Source: Myxococcales bacterium (GTDB lineage: Bacteria; Myxococcota_A; UBA9160; UBA4427). From it: a stretch of 63,556 bases of DNA. Position numbers and translations under genes: made by a program. Location of the stretch: positions 1 to 63,556 of the forward strand of contig DUCT01000222.1 of NCBI GenBank assembly GCA_012959665.1, given 5' to 3'. Below the pieces are notes generated by a model that was not told the DNA's origin, ran no database searches, and saw nothing but the letters and a program-made list of their open reading frames with translations. Positions 10,155 through 19,120 of this stretch are shown here, in pieces (the first letter of the stretch is position 1; each line of letters starts with the position of its first letter).

Positions 10155-10199
10155 TGGATCTACGTGGGGTGAATCTACGCGGAGTGGATCTACGCGGGG
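10155..10199. repeat. Tandem repeat, 3 x 15 bp (TGGATCTACGYGGGG)
   Basis: TGGATCTACGTGGGG / TGAATCTACGCGGAG / TGGATCTACGCGGGG, directly adjacent, ending 32 nt 3' of the stop of the 105-aa minus-strand gene. Confidence 0.9.
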
Positions 10200-10230
10200 C
10201 CGAGATCAGGCCAGCCCCTGCGCGGTGCAA

Positions 10231-10548
10231 CTACTCGTCGTCGCGGCCGAAGAGCGAACGGAAGGGCTCATGTGACCCCACCCAGTACATCGGTCGCAAG
10301 AGCAGGTAATCAAAAATCACACCCACCGGGTAGACGACGTAGCTCACGATCCTTAGCGGGTTGCCCGCACTGGAGGCATCGTATTCTTCGGCAAAAGCGG
10401 GTACCGACGACGAGCCGAGCAGAACAAGCCCGAGAAAAGCCGCGAGCCAGGCGCGCGCTCTAGCGCGCACTGTACCGTGCCGTAGAGCGGCCCTCGTGCA
10501 GTCTTGAAGCGCCTTCCTGCGTCGCTCAATCATCAAGAACCACCTCAC
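10231..10548 (-). CDS. Hypothetical small membrane/secreted protein
   Basis: 105 aa. Arg-rich N-region, hydrophobic stretch WLAAFLGLVLLGSSSVPAFA (signal-like), and a second hydrophobic segment IVSYVVYPVGVIFDYLLL. No family recognised. Confidence 0.5.
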   Translation of the reverse strand: MRWFLMIERRRKALQDCTRAALRHGTVRARARAWLAAFLGLVLLGSSSVPAFAEEYDASSAGNPLRIVSYVVYPVGVIFDYLLLRPMYWVGSHEPFRSLFGRDDE

Positions 10549-10632
10549 CCTCGGATATGAAGCCGGAGAAACTCCTCGCTGATCCGGCGCGGACCTTAGC
10601 CCTTCCCCCCGAAGAGCGCAGCACTCACCTCC

Positions 10633-12078
10633 TCAGCGCCGCCAGAAACCCGGGCTGAGCAGGACAAGAACCGTAAACAGTTCGAGACGACCGGCAATCA
10701 TGCAGAAGGCCAAACTCAGCTTGATCGGCGCCGGGAAGTGACCAAAATCGTCGAAAGCGCCGATCTCGCCGAGCCCCGGACCGACGTTGGCGACGCTCGT
10801 AATACCGCCCGAGAGCGCTGTCTCCATGTCGTATCCATACGCAGCGATCGTCAAGCTCATGAGCGCGATCAGGGCCGCATAAACCGCCAGAAAAACCCAG
10901 ATACCCGCAAGCACGTCATCGGGGACAGGCTTCCCCGCGTGTTGAACCGGAGAGCGCACCGCGTTCCTGTGCCCAGCAGTCTTGAGGTTCTTACGCACAG
11001 CGTCGATCACCAAAACCGCGCGCAGACTCTTCACCCCACCGCTCGTGGAGCCCGCCATGCCCCCCAGCGCCATCAAGATCAACAGCACAAGATGTCCAAA
11101 TGCGGGCCAAAGTTCAAAGTTCACCGTCGCGTACCCAGTCCCGGTGCTCAGCGACACCACAGTGAAAAGAATGGAACGAAAGAGCGGCTCCGACCCGTCG
11201 GCCCCTTCTTGATTCCACATGAAAAAAGTGATCGCCGCCATGGCGAAAGCGACCACCGCTAGGAAATAGCGCAACTCTCGATCCTCGAAGAAATCCTTGA
11301 CACGGCCAGCCAGCAGCTTGTAGTGCAGCACGAAATTGATTCCAGCGAGCAACATGAAAACGATGACGATCCATTCGACCGTGGCCGAGTCGAAACTGCC
11401 CACAGAGTCATTGCGCGTCGAGAACCCGCCGGTGCTCGAGGTGGTCAGCGCGTGACAGATCGCATCAAAGCCCGACAGCCCGGCAAACCACAAGGCAAAC
11501 CCCTCGATCACCGTGAGCCCAACGTAGATCAGCCAGAGCCTTCGAGCCGTTTCGGCCACCCGGGGTTTGATCTTCTCCGTAACCGGTCCCGGGACCTCGG
11601 CCTTGAAGAGTTGCATTCCCCCGATTCCGAGAATCGGCATCAGCGCGATCGTAAAAACGACGATCCCCATCCCGCCAAGCCACTGGGTAATCGACCGCCA
11701 AAGCAAGAGGGAACGCGGCATGCTCTCGACGTCGCCCATGACCGTCGAACCCGTGGTCGTGAAGCCCGAGACCGACTCGAAGAGCGCGTCGACGGGTACC
11801 AATGCCCCGGTGGTCACGTAGGGGAGCGCCCCAAAGAGAGAGGCCAGCAGCCAGGCCCCGGTCACGATGAAGAATCCATCCCGAGGCCGAATTTTCAGAT
11901 TGTCCGGCTGGACGCCCAGGGCGATGGGCAATCCCAAAAAAAGCGCCACGGCCCCTGCTGCAAGGAACGGCGTGGTGGGCTCCCCGAAGTAGAGCGCTGC
12001 CGCAAGGGGCGCCAACTGCACTCCCCCCAGGAGTACCAAGAGCCACCCCGCCAGTTGAGCCGAGAGCAGAATATTCAC
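10633..12078 (-). CDS. trkH: TrkH-family potassium uptake protein
   Basis: 481 aa polytopic membrane protein. Repeated pore-loop-like segments (SGFTTTGST, TSSTGGFS, LSTGTGYA, TSGGVK) are typical of TrkH/KtrB. Confidence 0.9.
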   Translation of the reverse strand: MNILLSAQLAGWLLVLLGGVQLAPLAAALYFGEPTTPFLAAGAVALFLGLPIALGVQPDNLKIRPRDGFFIVTGAWLLASLFGALPYVTTGALVPVDALFESVSGFTTTGSTVMGDVESMPRSLLLWRSITQWLGGMGIVVFTIALMPILGIGGMQLFKAEVPGPVTEKIKPRVAETARRLWLIYVGLTVIEGFALWFAGLSGFDAICHALTTSSTGGFSTRNDSVGSFDSATVEWIVIVFMLLAGINFVLHYKLLAGRVKDFFEDRELRYFLAVVAFAMAAITFFMWNQEGADGSEPLFRSILFTVVSLSTGTGYATVNFELWPAFGHLVLLILMALGGMAGSTSGGVKSLRAVLVIDAVRKNLKTAGHRNAVRSPVQHAGKPVPDDVLAGIWVFLAVYAALIALMSLTIAAYGYDMETALSGGITSVANVGPGLGEIGAFDDFGHFPAPIKLSLAFCMIAGRLELFTVLVLLSPGFWRR

Positions 12079-12179
12079 AGTCTCGGAGCCCCTCCTTGCC
12101 GCTCACCCATCCAGACCGGCGGGCCAAGACTACAGCACGACGGCGCGTCCCGCGGGTAGCACTCAAAGTCATCCACGAA

Positions 12180-12400
12180 AGGTCAGACTGGCCCAACTTG
12201 ATCCAAACTTGGCTTTTCTAGCTATCATTTCCTTCCATACGGTAATTTGAAGTAAAAATATGCCATCTTTTGTGAGCAAATCAGACTCGAGGCCCACTTT
12301 AGAGTGTCAAATGGTCCTCTTTAGGATTAAGATCCCTGCCCAACCCTAACTTGTCCAAAAAACAGTGGTCACTTCTCTAAATGATCGAGCCAAGACATCC
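12180..12400. promoter_or_regulatory. AT-rich divergent intergenic region between trkH and ilvB (probable promoters)
   Basis: Markedly AT-rich compared with its flanks, and lies between divergently oriented genes. No specific -35/-10 boxes or attenuator could be assigned. Confidence 0.3.
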
Positions 12401-12439
12401 GAGTGAATCCTCGAAGCCTTCACACACCCCGGGAGCAGT

Positions 12440-14155
12440 ATGAGTGAAAGAGTGCCCACTGGCGCCGAGAAACTGATAGAGGCCCTCGAGGCCGAGGGAG
12501 TGGAGTACATCTTCGGCTTGTCCGGGGGGGCGGCTATTCCCATTTTTGATGCCCTCGTGGATTCCCCCATCCAACTGATCCTCACCCGCCACGAGCAGGG
12601 CGCTACCCACATGGCAGACGGCTACGCCCGGGCCACCGGCCGGCCGGGGGTGGTTCTGGTCACCTCGGGCCCCGGAGCGACCAATACGGTCACCGGCCTG
12701 CTCACCGCCCATATGGACTCTGTTCCTATCGTGGTCATTACGGGCCAATGCGTCGCCGACATGCTGGGCAAAGACGGCTTCCAGGAGGCTGACGTCACCA
12801 GCATCACCTACGCGGTGGTCAAGCACAGCTACCTGGTCCGCCGCGGCACCGACATTCCACGAATCGCCCGGGAAGCCTTTTACATCGCGGCGACGGGACG
12901 CCCTGGCCCGGTGCTCGTGGACATTCCCAAGGATATCAGCCAAGGCCCGTGCGAGGCCCCTCTCTGCGTGGATGTCGACCTTCCTGGATATGCGGTTCCC
13001 TGTCACGGTTCGCCCGACAGCCTCGAGGAGGCGGCGGCGCTGCTTTCGAATGCCAAGCGGCCGATCTTGCTGACGGGTCACGGCGTTGTGATCGCTGAGG
13101 CCTCAAAAGCGGTAACCCTTCTCGCCGAGCACCTGGGAGCGCCCATGGTCACCACGCTCCTCGGAAAAGGCGGCACCGACGAAACCCACCCTCTGCACCT
13201 CGGGATGCTGGGCATGCACGGAACCGCCTACGCGAATAAGGCGACCGACGCTGCCGACCTCATCATGTCCATTGGCTCCCGCTGGGATGACCGCATCACG
13301 GGTAAACTCGACGAATTCTGCCTGGGGGCCCGCAAGATTCACGTCGATATCGATCCCTCCGAGTTCAACAAGATGGTCGTACCCGATGTCTGCGTCCAAG
13401 GCGATGCCCGGGTGGTGGTCGAAGAACTTCTCCCCCTGGTGGAGCCCTCGGATACATCCGCTTGGCTGAGCCAGGTTGAGGAGTGGAGAAAGAAGTACCC
13501 GCTCAAATATCGCAAACAGGGCGGACTGCGGGCTCAACATGTTCTCGACCGGCTCGACGCGATCACCCAAGGCCGCGCGATCATCAGCACGGATGTCGGT
13601 CAGCACCAAATGTGGGCAGCCCAGTTCTGCAAGGTGACCGATAGCCGTAACTGGCTCAGCAGTGGTGGGGCAGGAACCATGGGTTTCGGCCTGCCTGCAG
13701 CGATTGGCGCCGCGTTCGCGAGACCCGACCAGGACGTCTGGGCCATCGTGGGCGACGGCGGTTTCCAGATGACCCAGGCCGAGTTGGCCACGGCAGCCAT
13801 CCATAAATTGCGAGTCAAGTGCCTAATTATCAACAACAATTACCTGGGCATGGTCCGCCAATGGCAGGAACTCTTCTTCGAGAACCGGCTCTCCGGAGTA
13901 GACCTGGAGGGGAATCCTGATTTCGTCAAACTCGCCCAGGCCTACGGGATCAAGGCTTTCCGCATCAAGCGCCCGGGGGACGTCGATCGGATCCTGCAGC
14001 AGGCGGATGCCTACGACGAAGGACCATGCGTCGTTGTCGCCGAAGTAGTCAAAGAAGACAACGTGTTCCCGTTCATTCCTGCGGGCGCGACCCTCAGCGA
14101 CATGATCATCGAGAAGCCCACAGGGAAACTCGCCAAGCCCACGGGCAGCACCTAG
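12440..14155 (+). CDS. ilvB: Acetolactate synthase, large (catalytic) subunit
   Basis: 571 aa ThDP enzyme. [36 protein letters not shown]...[12 protein letters not shown]. Confidence 0.95.
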   Translation: MSERVPTGAEKLIEALEAEGVEYIFGLSGGAAIPIFDALVDSPIQLILTRHEQGATHMADGYARATGRPGVVLVTSGPGATNTVTGLLTAHMDSVPIVVITGQCVADMLGKDGFQEADVTSITYAVVKHSYLVRRGTDIPRIAREAFYIAATGRPGPVLVDIPKDISQGPCEAPLCVDVDLPGYAVPCHGSPDSLEEAAALLSNAKRPILLTGHGVVIAEASKAVTLLAEHLGAPMVTTLLGKGGTDETHPLHLGMLGMHGTAYANKATDAADLIMSIGSRWDDRITGKLDEFCLGARKIHVDIDPSEFNKMVVPDVCVQGDARVVVEELLPLVEPSDTSAWLSQVEEWRKKYPLKYRKQGGLRAQHVLDRLDAITQGRAIISTDVGQHQMWAAQFCKVTDSRNWLSSGGAGTMGFGLPAAIGAAFARPDQDVWAIVGDGGFQMTQAELATAAIHKLRVKCLIINNNYLGMVRQWQELFFENRLSGVDLEGNPDFVKLAQAYGIKAFRIKRPGDVDRILQQADAYDEGPCVVVAEVVKEDNVFPFIPAGATLSDMIIEKPTGKLAKPTGST

Positions 14156-14223
14156 CCCCACGCCCTTTCTCACTCGACATGCGGACTCCAGCGCCGCGAC
14201 CCCGGAAACAGGGAGAATGAAAA

Positions 14224-14751
14224 ATGACCGCAGCCGCGGAATTCATCGACGGCGACGAAAGCTTGAACTTTCATCGCATATCCCTCTACGTCAAGAACGA
14301 GCCGGGGGTGCTGGCTCGTGTGGCCATGGTCTTCTCACGCCGCGGGTACAATATCGAGAGTCTGGTGGTCAACTCTGCTGCCCGATCCGGCTATTCACGC
14401 ATGACGATCACAAGCTCTGGGGACCCCACCATCCTTGAGCAGATGATCAAGCAGCTGGCAAAACTGATCGACGTTGTCCACGCCATAGACCACACCGGCG
14501 ACGAGGTCTACGAAACAGAAATCGCGCTGATCAAGCTCAAATGCGATTCAGAAGAGAGACACGAAATCCTGCAAATCGTCGAACACTTCGGCGCAAAAGT
14601 CGTGGATTTCGGACGACAAAGCCTCGTCGTCCGGGTCTATGGCAGCAGTGAGAAACTCGACGCTATTCGAAATCTGCTGGCCAAATTCGAAATCTCCGAA
14701 ATCGTCCGCTCGGGCAAGATCCTGATGGCGCGCGGAGGGGCCACTACCTAA
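14224..14751 (+). CDS. ilvN: Acetolactate synthase, small (regulatory) subunit
   Basis: 175 aa. ACT domain HRISLYVKNEPGVLARVAMVFSRRGYNIESLVV. Lies immediately after ilvB. Confidence 0.93.
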   Translation: MTAAAEFIDGDESLNFHRISLYVKNEPGVLARVAMVFSRRGYNIESLVVNSAARSGYSRMTITSSGDPTILEQMIKQLAKLIDVVHAIDHTGDEVYETEIALIKLKCDSEERHEILQIVEHFGAKVVDFGRQSLVVRVYGSSEKLDAIRNLLAKFEISEIVRSGKILMARGGATT

Positions 14752-14863
14752 GTTCGCGCCCCTCCTGGTTTCGCATTCTCCTGAACGCAGAGACCCAGAA
14801 GCGAAGCTTGGCGGCTGGAAAGGACAAAAAGAAAGGGACGCTGCAAACAACGGCCCTTTGCAA

Positions 14864-15436
14864 TCAGCCTCCGTCGCGCGGAATATTCTTTCGTACCCCG
14901 AAATCGGGCGGGAGGTTCAATATTTCGTTGGGAAAAGCCTCAACCAGAAACTCGACGACATCGCGCACAGAAATCACCGCCACGGGACAACCGCGAACGT
15001 TCACCACGGGGACGTGCCTAAAGCCTCCCACGGACATCATATTGAGTACCCAGGCCACCCGCGCATCGGCTTGAAGAAACTCGGGGTCGGCGCTCATGAC
15101 TTCCTTGAGCGCCGTCTCAGCAGGGTTTCGGCCGCGATTAATAACACGCAAAAGAATGTCGCGTTCGGTGAACACACCGAGCAACGGTGACCCTGCGGTC
15201 CCGTCCTCGGTTATCAGCACGACCCCACTGTGCTCGGACTGCATCGCCCGCATCGCTTCACTGGTGGGTGCGGACTCGGAAAAAATCAACGGCGAGCGCG
15301 TGCTGAGAACTGTGACCGGCTCCTGCAGCAGTTGGGTATCGAATGAGCGCCGACGACCGAGTCGATCGTCGTCGAAATAAGCCTCGTCATTTTTGGCGCT
15401 TGGTGAGTAGTCCATTCCTCGAGTGAGTCTCGACAC
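14864..15436 (-). CDS. CBS domain-containing protein
   Basis: 190 aa. Tandem CBS-like segments (GVVLITEDG...GVFTERDILLRV and GGFRHVPVVN...AVISVRDVVEFL). Confidence 0.85.
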   Translation of the reverse strand: MSRLTRGMDYSPSAKNDEAYFDDDRLGRRRSFDTQLLQEPVTVLSTRSPLIFSESAPTSEAMRAMQSEHSGVVLITEDGTAGSPLLGVFTERDILLRVINRGRNPAETALKEVMSADPEFLQADARVAWVLNMMSVGGFRHVPVVNVRGCPVAVISVRDVVEFLVEAFPNEILNLPPDFGVRKNIPRDGG

Positions 15437-15797
15437 TGTATCCCCTCCTCATCCCTTGCCTTCATGGTTCGCATGGCTTCGCGTCGAGCACCCCCGGCTC
15501 GCGCGGCGCTAACCCCCTAGCGCGCTCTTGCTCCTAATAGCTCCCCAGTGGCAAGCGATCATTCACGATTCGGGGCACTCCGGAGGCAATTGGATCAGGG
15601 TTATCTCCTATTGTCGTACGCTTTTCCCAGCTTGCCAAGTAGAATATTGGAATGTTGTCTGACCCCCAAAGGGTCTCGGTTGGGTTGACTCCGAGAGTCC
15701 CCGCTGGGGTTTAGCTGCGTGTGGAACGCAGTTCCCAAGCGCATCCCTCGCGGGCCTTATCCCAACCCCATTCCCCCAGGATAAAATTTAGAACAAG

Positions 15798-17282
15798 ATG
15801 AATTCACTGGATTACGGAGTCCTGGCCGCCTACGCCGGACTGCTCTTGCTCATCGGCGCCCGGGTCGGTCGCGGCCATCAGGAGGAGGGGGAATTCACAC
15901 TCGGCGGCCGCCGCATGCCCACGTGGGCGGTTCTCTCTTCGATGACTGCCACTGAACTCTCCGCCGCCACATTCATTGGCGTTCCCCACGCCGCCTATAC
16001 GGGTGACTGGTCATACTTGCAACTCGCCGTAGGCGCATTATTGGCGAAGGCTGTCCTCGCCCGGCACGTCATCCCACTGTACAGGCGTCTTGAAATCGTG
16101 ACCGTCTACGGTTTTTTACAAGAGCGCTTCGGCCCTCGTCCCCAGCGCGCCGCCGCGGTCAGTTTCTTAATAGGCCGCCTCTTCGCGTCGGGGGCACGCC
16201 TCTTCATCGCCGCGCTGGCCCTTTCCGTCGTGACCGATATTCCCATCCCATGGGCGGTGGTGGGCTGCGGCCTGGTCGCAGGGATTTACACCATCGCGGG
16301 CGGAATTCGGGCGGTGATTTGGACCGACACCCTGCAGGCCTTACTGCTCCTGACCTCGGCCGTCGCCGTTCTTTTCCTTCTCGTCGAAGCAACCCCGGGC
16401 GGCATGTCGGGCCTCTTCGACTGGGCGACCGACCGGGGGCAAACCCAGATTCTGCATCTCACTCCTATATTTTCCTTGACCGACGGACGAGCGCTGGGGA
16501 CCGCTCTCCTCGGGGGTTTCTTTCTGACCCTCGCAACTCACTCGACCGATCACGACATGGTGCAGCGACTCTTGACCACCCGCAGTGCCAAGGGGGGCAG
16601 TCGCGCGTTAATGGGTTCCGCTCTTCTGAACTTCCCGCTCACCCTGGTTTTCCTCATGATCGGCACGGGCCTCGCTCACTTCTACGCCACCCCGCCCAGC
16701 TACTCCATCGAAGACCAGGCCCGAATCCTCCCACTCTTCGCCTTTCACGAACTCCCGCCGGGCCTACGCGGACTCTTGTTTGCTGGCCTCTTCGCGGCCG
16801 CCATGTCGAGCTTGGATTCGGCCATCTGTGCCCTGGCGACAACCTGGACCCACGACATCCTCCCCCCCCCACCCGGCACCCCGGACACGCTTCGCCGGAT
16901 GAAGCGCAGTTCCGCGGGAGTGACGCTGCTTCTCGTCGCCGCCGCCCTAGCCATGGCGCAATATCACGCTCTGCTCGTCGAGCACGGAACACCGCTCAAC
17001 CTCGTCGAATTTGCCCTCTCCTCCATGTCAATCCTCTATGGCGGACTTCTCGGCATATTCGCCCTCGGAATCACCACCCGACAGCGGGGCAGCCCCGCCA
17101 GCGTCATCGCCGGACTCTCTCTCGGAGCTTTAATTGGGCTCGCCCTATTTCTCCACCCCGTTGTACTGGGATACACCCGGGTAGCTTGGCCGTGGTGGAT
17201 CCCTATTTCGGCGCTGGCCAGCTACGCCCTCGCAAGCACCGGGCGTACGACAGCCGTTTTCCAGACGCAAAAACCCGACTAG
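15798..17282 (+). CDS. Sodium:solute symporter (SSS) family transporter
   Basis: 494 aa polytopic protein. N-terminus MNSLDYGVLAAYAGLLLLIGARVG...FTLGGRRMPTWAVLSSMTATELSAATFIGVP is typical of the SSS family. Confidence 0.9.
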   Translation: MNSLDYGVLAAYAGLLLLIGARVGRGHQEEGEFTLGGRRMPTWAVLSSMTATELSAATFIGVPHAAYTGDWSYLQLAVGALLAKAVLARHVIPLYRRLEIVTVYGFLQERFGPRPQRAAAVSFLIGRLFASGARLFIAALALSVVTDIPIPWAVVGCGLVAGIYTIAGGIRAVIWTDTLQALLLLTSAVAVLFLLVEATPGGMSGLFDWATDRGQTQILHLTPIFSLTDGRALGTALLGGFFLTLATHSTDHDMVQRLLTTRSAKGGSRALMGSALLNFPLTLVFLMIGTGLAHFYATPPSYSIEDQARILPLFAFHELPPGLRGLLFAGLFAAAMSSLDSAICALATTWTHDILPPPPGTPDTLRRMKRSSAGVTLLLVAAALAMAQYHALLVEHGTPLNLVEFALSSMSILYGGLLGIFALGITTRQRGSPASVIAGLSLGALIGLALFLHPVVLGYTRVAWPWWIPISALASYALASTGRTTAVFQTQKPD

Positions 17283-17348
17283 TCTCTCAGCAGCTCTGAG
17301 CAATGCCGCCCGAGGCTCGATCATTTCATCAGGAAGAGAGACCACGCT

Positions 17349-18275
17349 TTGAATCCAGGCAATCGCCGCGCCATTGTCGCCGCCCTCTTTGCGAACTCGG
17401 GTATCGCGGTGCTCAAATTCATCGGCTGGAGTTTTACCGGAGCCGCCTCTCTGCTCGCCGAAGCGGTTCACTCGGTTGCCGACACCACCAACCAGGCACT
17501 GCTGCTCTGGGGGAACGTCGCGGCCAAGAAGGCACCCACCGCCGATCACGCCTTCGGCCACGGAAGGGAACGTTATTTCTGGGCTTTCGTAGTGTCCATG
17601 GTCATTTTCAGCCTCGGCGGGCTCTTTGCCCTGTATGAGGGCACCCTCAAGCTTTTCTCGCCCCACGGGCTACGCGAGCCCGCCTGGGCTATTGGAATCC
17701 TGCTGACTGGCATCGTTTTCGAAGGTCTCTCGCTCCGAACGGCTGTGCAGGTAGCCCGGCAAAGCAAGGGTTCAGAAAGTTGGTGGGCCTATATCCGCCG
17801 GACGAAGAACCCCGAACTCCCAGTGGTTCTCCTCGAAGATCTTGGGGCCCTCGCCGGACTCGTACTGGCCCTCATGGGGATAGGACTATCGATTTGGACT
17901 GGGAATCCCCGGTTCGACGCCCTCGGAAGCGTTGCCATTGGCGTGCTGCTAGTGGGGATCGCTTCCTTGCTTGCCATTGAAATGAAGAGCCTTCTGATCG
18001 GCGAATCCGCCGGTCCCGAAACCGAAAGTCTCATTCGGTCCGAGACCCTTCGCCACCCAGCGGTTCGCCAGTTGATTCAGCTGAGAACCCAGCACATCGG
18101 CCCCGATGACATCCTGGTGGGTGCCAAGGTGGAATTCGATTCCGATCTGAGCTTTCGTGACCTCTCGGCGGTCATCAACGAGATCGAAGCGTCTATCCGT
18201 AAGGCCGTGCCCTTCTCCGCTTTGATTTACATCGAACCGGCCGTAGACCCCGATCCCCCGGATGGGGATTCCTAA
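17349..18275 (+). CDS. Cation diffusion facilitator (CDF) family transporter
   Basis: 308 aa, TTG start. LLAEAVHSVADTTNQALLL (the HxxxD metal site of CDF TM2), six TM helices, and a C-terminal cytoplasmic domain. Confidence 0.9.
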   Translation: MNPGNRRAIVAALFANSGIAVLKFIGWSFTGAASLLAEAVHSVADTTNQALLLWGNVAAKKAPTADHAFGHGRERYFWAFVVSMVIFSLGGLFALYEGTLKLFSPHGLREPAWAIGILLTGIVFEGLSLRTAVQVARQSKGSESWWAYIRRTKNPELPVVLLEDLGALAGLVLALMGIGLSIWTGNPRFDALGSVAIGVLLVGIASLLAIEMKSLLIGESAGPETESLIRSETLRHPAVRQLIQLRTQHIGPDDILVGAKVEFDSDLSFRDLSAVINEIEASIRKAVPFSALIYIEPAVDPDPPDGDS

Positions 18276-18525
18276 TCCAAGACGTTCCGAATCCGACAGG
18301 CCCATGGATTGGGTGAGCCCCCCGGAAGGGCGGCGCGTGCGGAAAGTTGTGTGAGGGTAATTTCTCTCCTTACTTACTTTCTTTCTTTCTCTCTCCGCGC
18401 CATCGCTGGCTGACTGCTAGAGTGGGCGCTCGGGAGTCGCCAGTCTGAGGTACCGCGGCCGAGTGAAGCCGGGGCACCCCAAAGGCGAACTCTCCGAATC
18501 CCCGCTCCGTGGTCCTTCTCGACCT

Positions 18526-18585
18526 CTCTTTTTACCTCTCTTTCCACATTTCTTTCCACCCCTCTTCCCATATCTCTTTCCACAA
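18526..18585. repeat. Polypyrimidine tandem array, about 5 x 12 bp (CTCTTTCCACA core)
   Basis: Units start at 18538, 18550, 18562 and 18574 (CTCTTTCCACA / TCTTTCCACC / CTCTTCCCATA / CTCTTTCCACA), plus a degenerate copy before them. The top strand is almost pure C/T. The array ends 53 bp upstream of the 18638 start. Confidence 0.8.
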
Positions 18586-18637
18586 CACTTTTTTATCGAT
18601 TTCAGTCATTCCCCCAAACATCCCCAGGAGAATTTGA

Positions 18638-19039
18638 GTGAAGGCGGGAGCCGATGTCTTCGCCCGGTGTCGACGATGCGGAGAAGTTTGGCATGTCGTC
18701 GTCGCCATAGTCCCCGGAAGAAAAACCCGTGTCGAATGCAAGCAGTGTTCCAGCAGGCACGGCTACACCCCGCCCGCCTCGGAGTTGCCCCCGCTCGGCA
18801 TGCGCAAAACGACGCCAGCCCGAAGGGCTACTCGAAAAAAGGACGCGACGCCCACGATTGCGGCGGACCCTTCGCGCCCGGTGCGCCCCTACGACCAAGG
18901 CGATCAATATGAGACGGGAGATCGGATCGTTCACCCCAGCTTTGGCGAGGGTGTCGTCCAGAGCATTCCCGGGCCCAAGAAAATTTGCATCCTATTCTCC
19001 ACTGGAGAGCGAACCCTGACCCAGCGACGAGGCGCCTGA
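18638..19039 (+). CDS. Hypothetical zinc-ribbon protein with a small C-terminal beta domain
   Basis: 133 aa, GTG start with AGGAGA upstream. CxxC...CxxC (CRRCGEVW...ECKQCSS) at the N-terminus and a basic linker. The C-terminal YETGDRIVHPSFGEGVVQSI resembles the small Tudor/DUF3553-like fold by eye. Confidence 0.6.
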   Translation: MKAGADVFARCRRCGEVWHVVVAIVPGRKTRVECKQCSSRHGYTPPASELPPLGMRKTTPARRATRKKDATPTIAADPSRPVRPYDQGDQYETGDRIVHPSFGEGVVQSIPGPKKICILFSTGERTLTQRRGA

Positions 19040-19120
19040 ACGACCCACCTGCAACCCCGCGCGAATCCCAGCCCCATGGCGCCAAGCTCGCGGAGCGCCC
19101 TTGCACCCGAGCACTGCCTT

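Noticed and set aside
9771-10230. Sigma-54-type (TGGCAC-N5-TTGC) promoters, checked here and at other TGGCAC occurrences (for example 28741, 33285, 41508, 51650)
   Set aside because: None of the TGGCAC hits has a GC dinucleotide at the required 10-nt spacing. Most hits lie inside coding regions.
12260-12349. Possible ilv leader peptide or attenuator in the AT-rich region upstream of ilvB
   Set aside because: The only small ORF (MPSFVSKSDSRPTLECQMVLFRIKIPAQP) has no run of Ile/Val/Leu codons, and no terminator/antiterminator pair is evident.
14752-14863. Terminator between the convergent ilvN and CBS genes (AAAGGG…CCCTTT)
   Set aside because: The stem is only 6 bp with a 16-nt loop and there is no flanking U-tract on either strand, which is too weak to call.
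15437-15797. Riboswitch or structured leader upstream of the SSS transporter
   Set aside because: Two neat hairpins are visible (GACCC-CCAAA-GGGTC; CTGCGT-GTGGA-ACGCAG), but I recognise no known riboswitch core. Left unassigned pending an Rfam scan.
18374-18583. 69-aa minus-strand ORF with ERNVEREVKREVEKD repeats
   Set aside because: It is simply the translation of the purine-rich complement of the polypyrimidine repeat tract. It has no RBS or conserved features. The ORF 9821..10090 in the rpoN upstream region was rejected for similar reasons.
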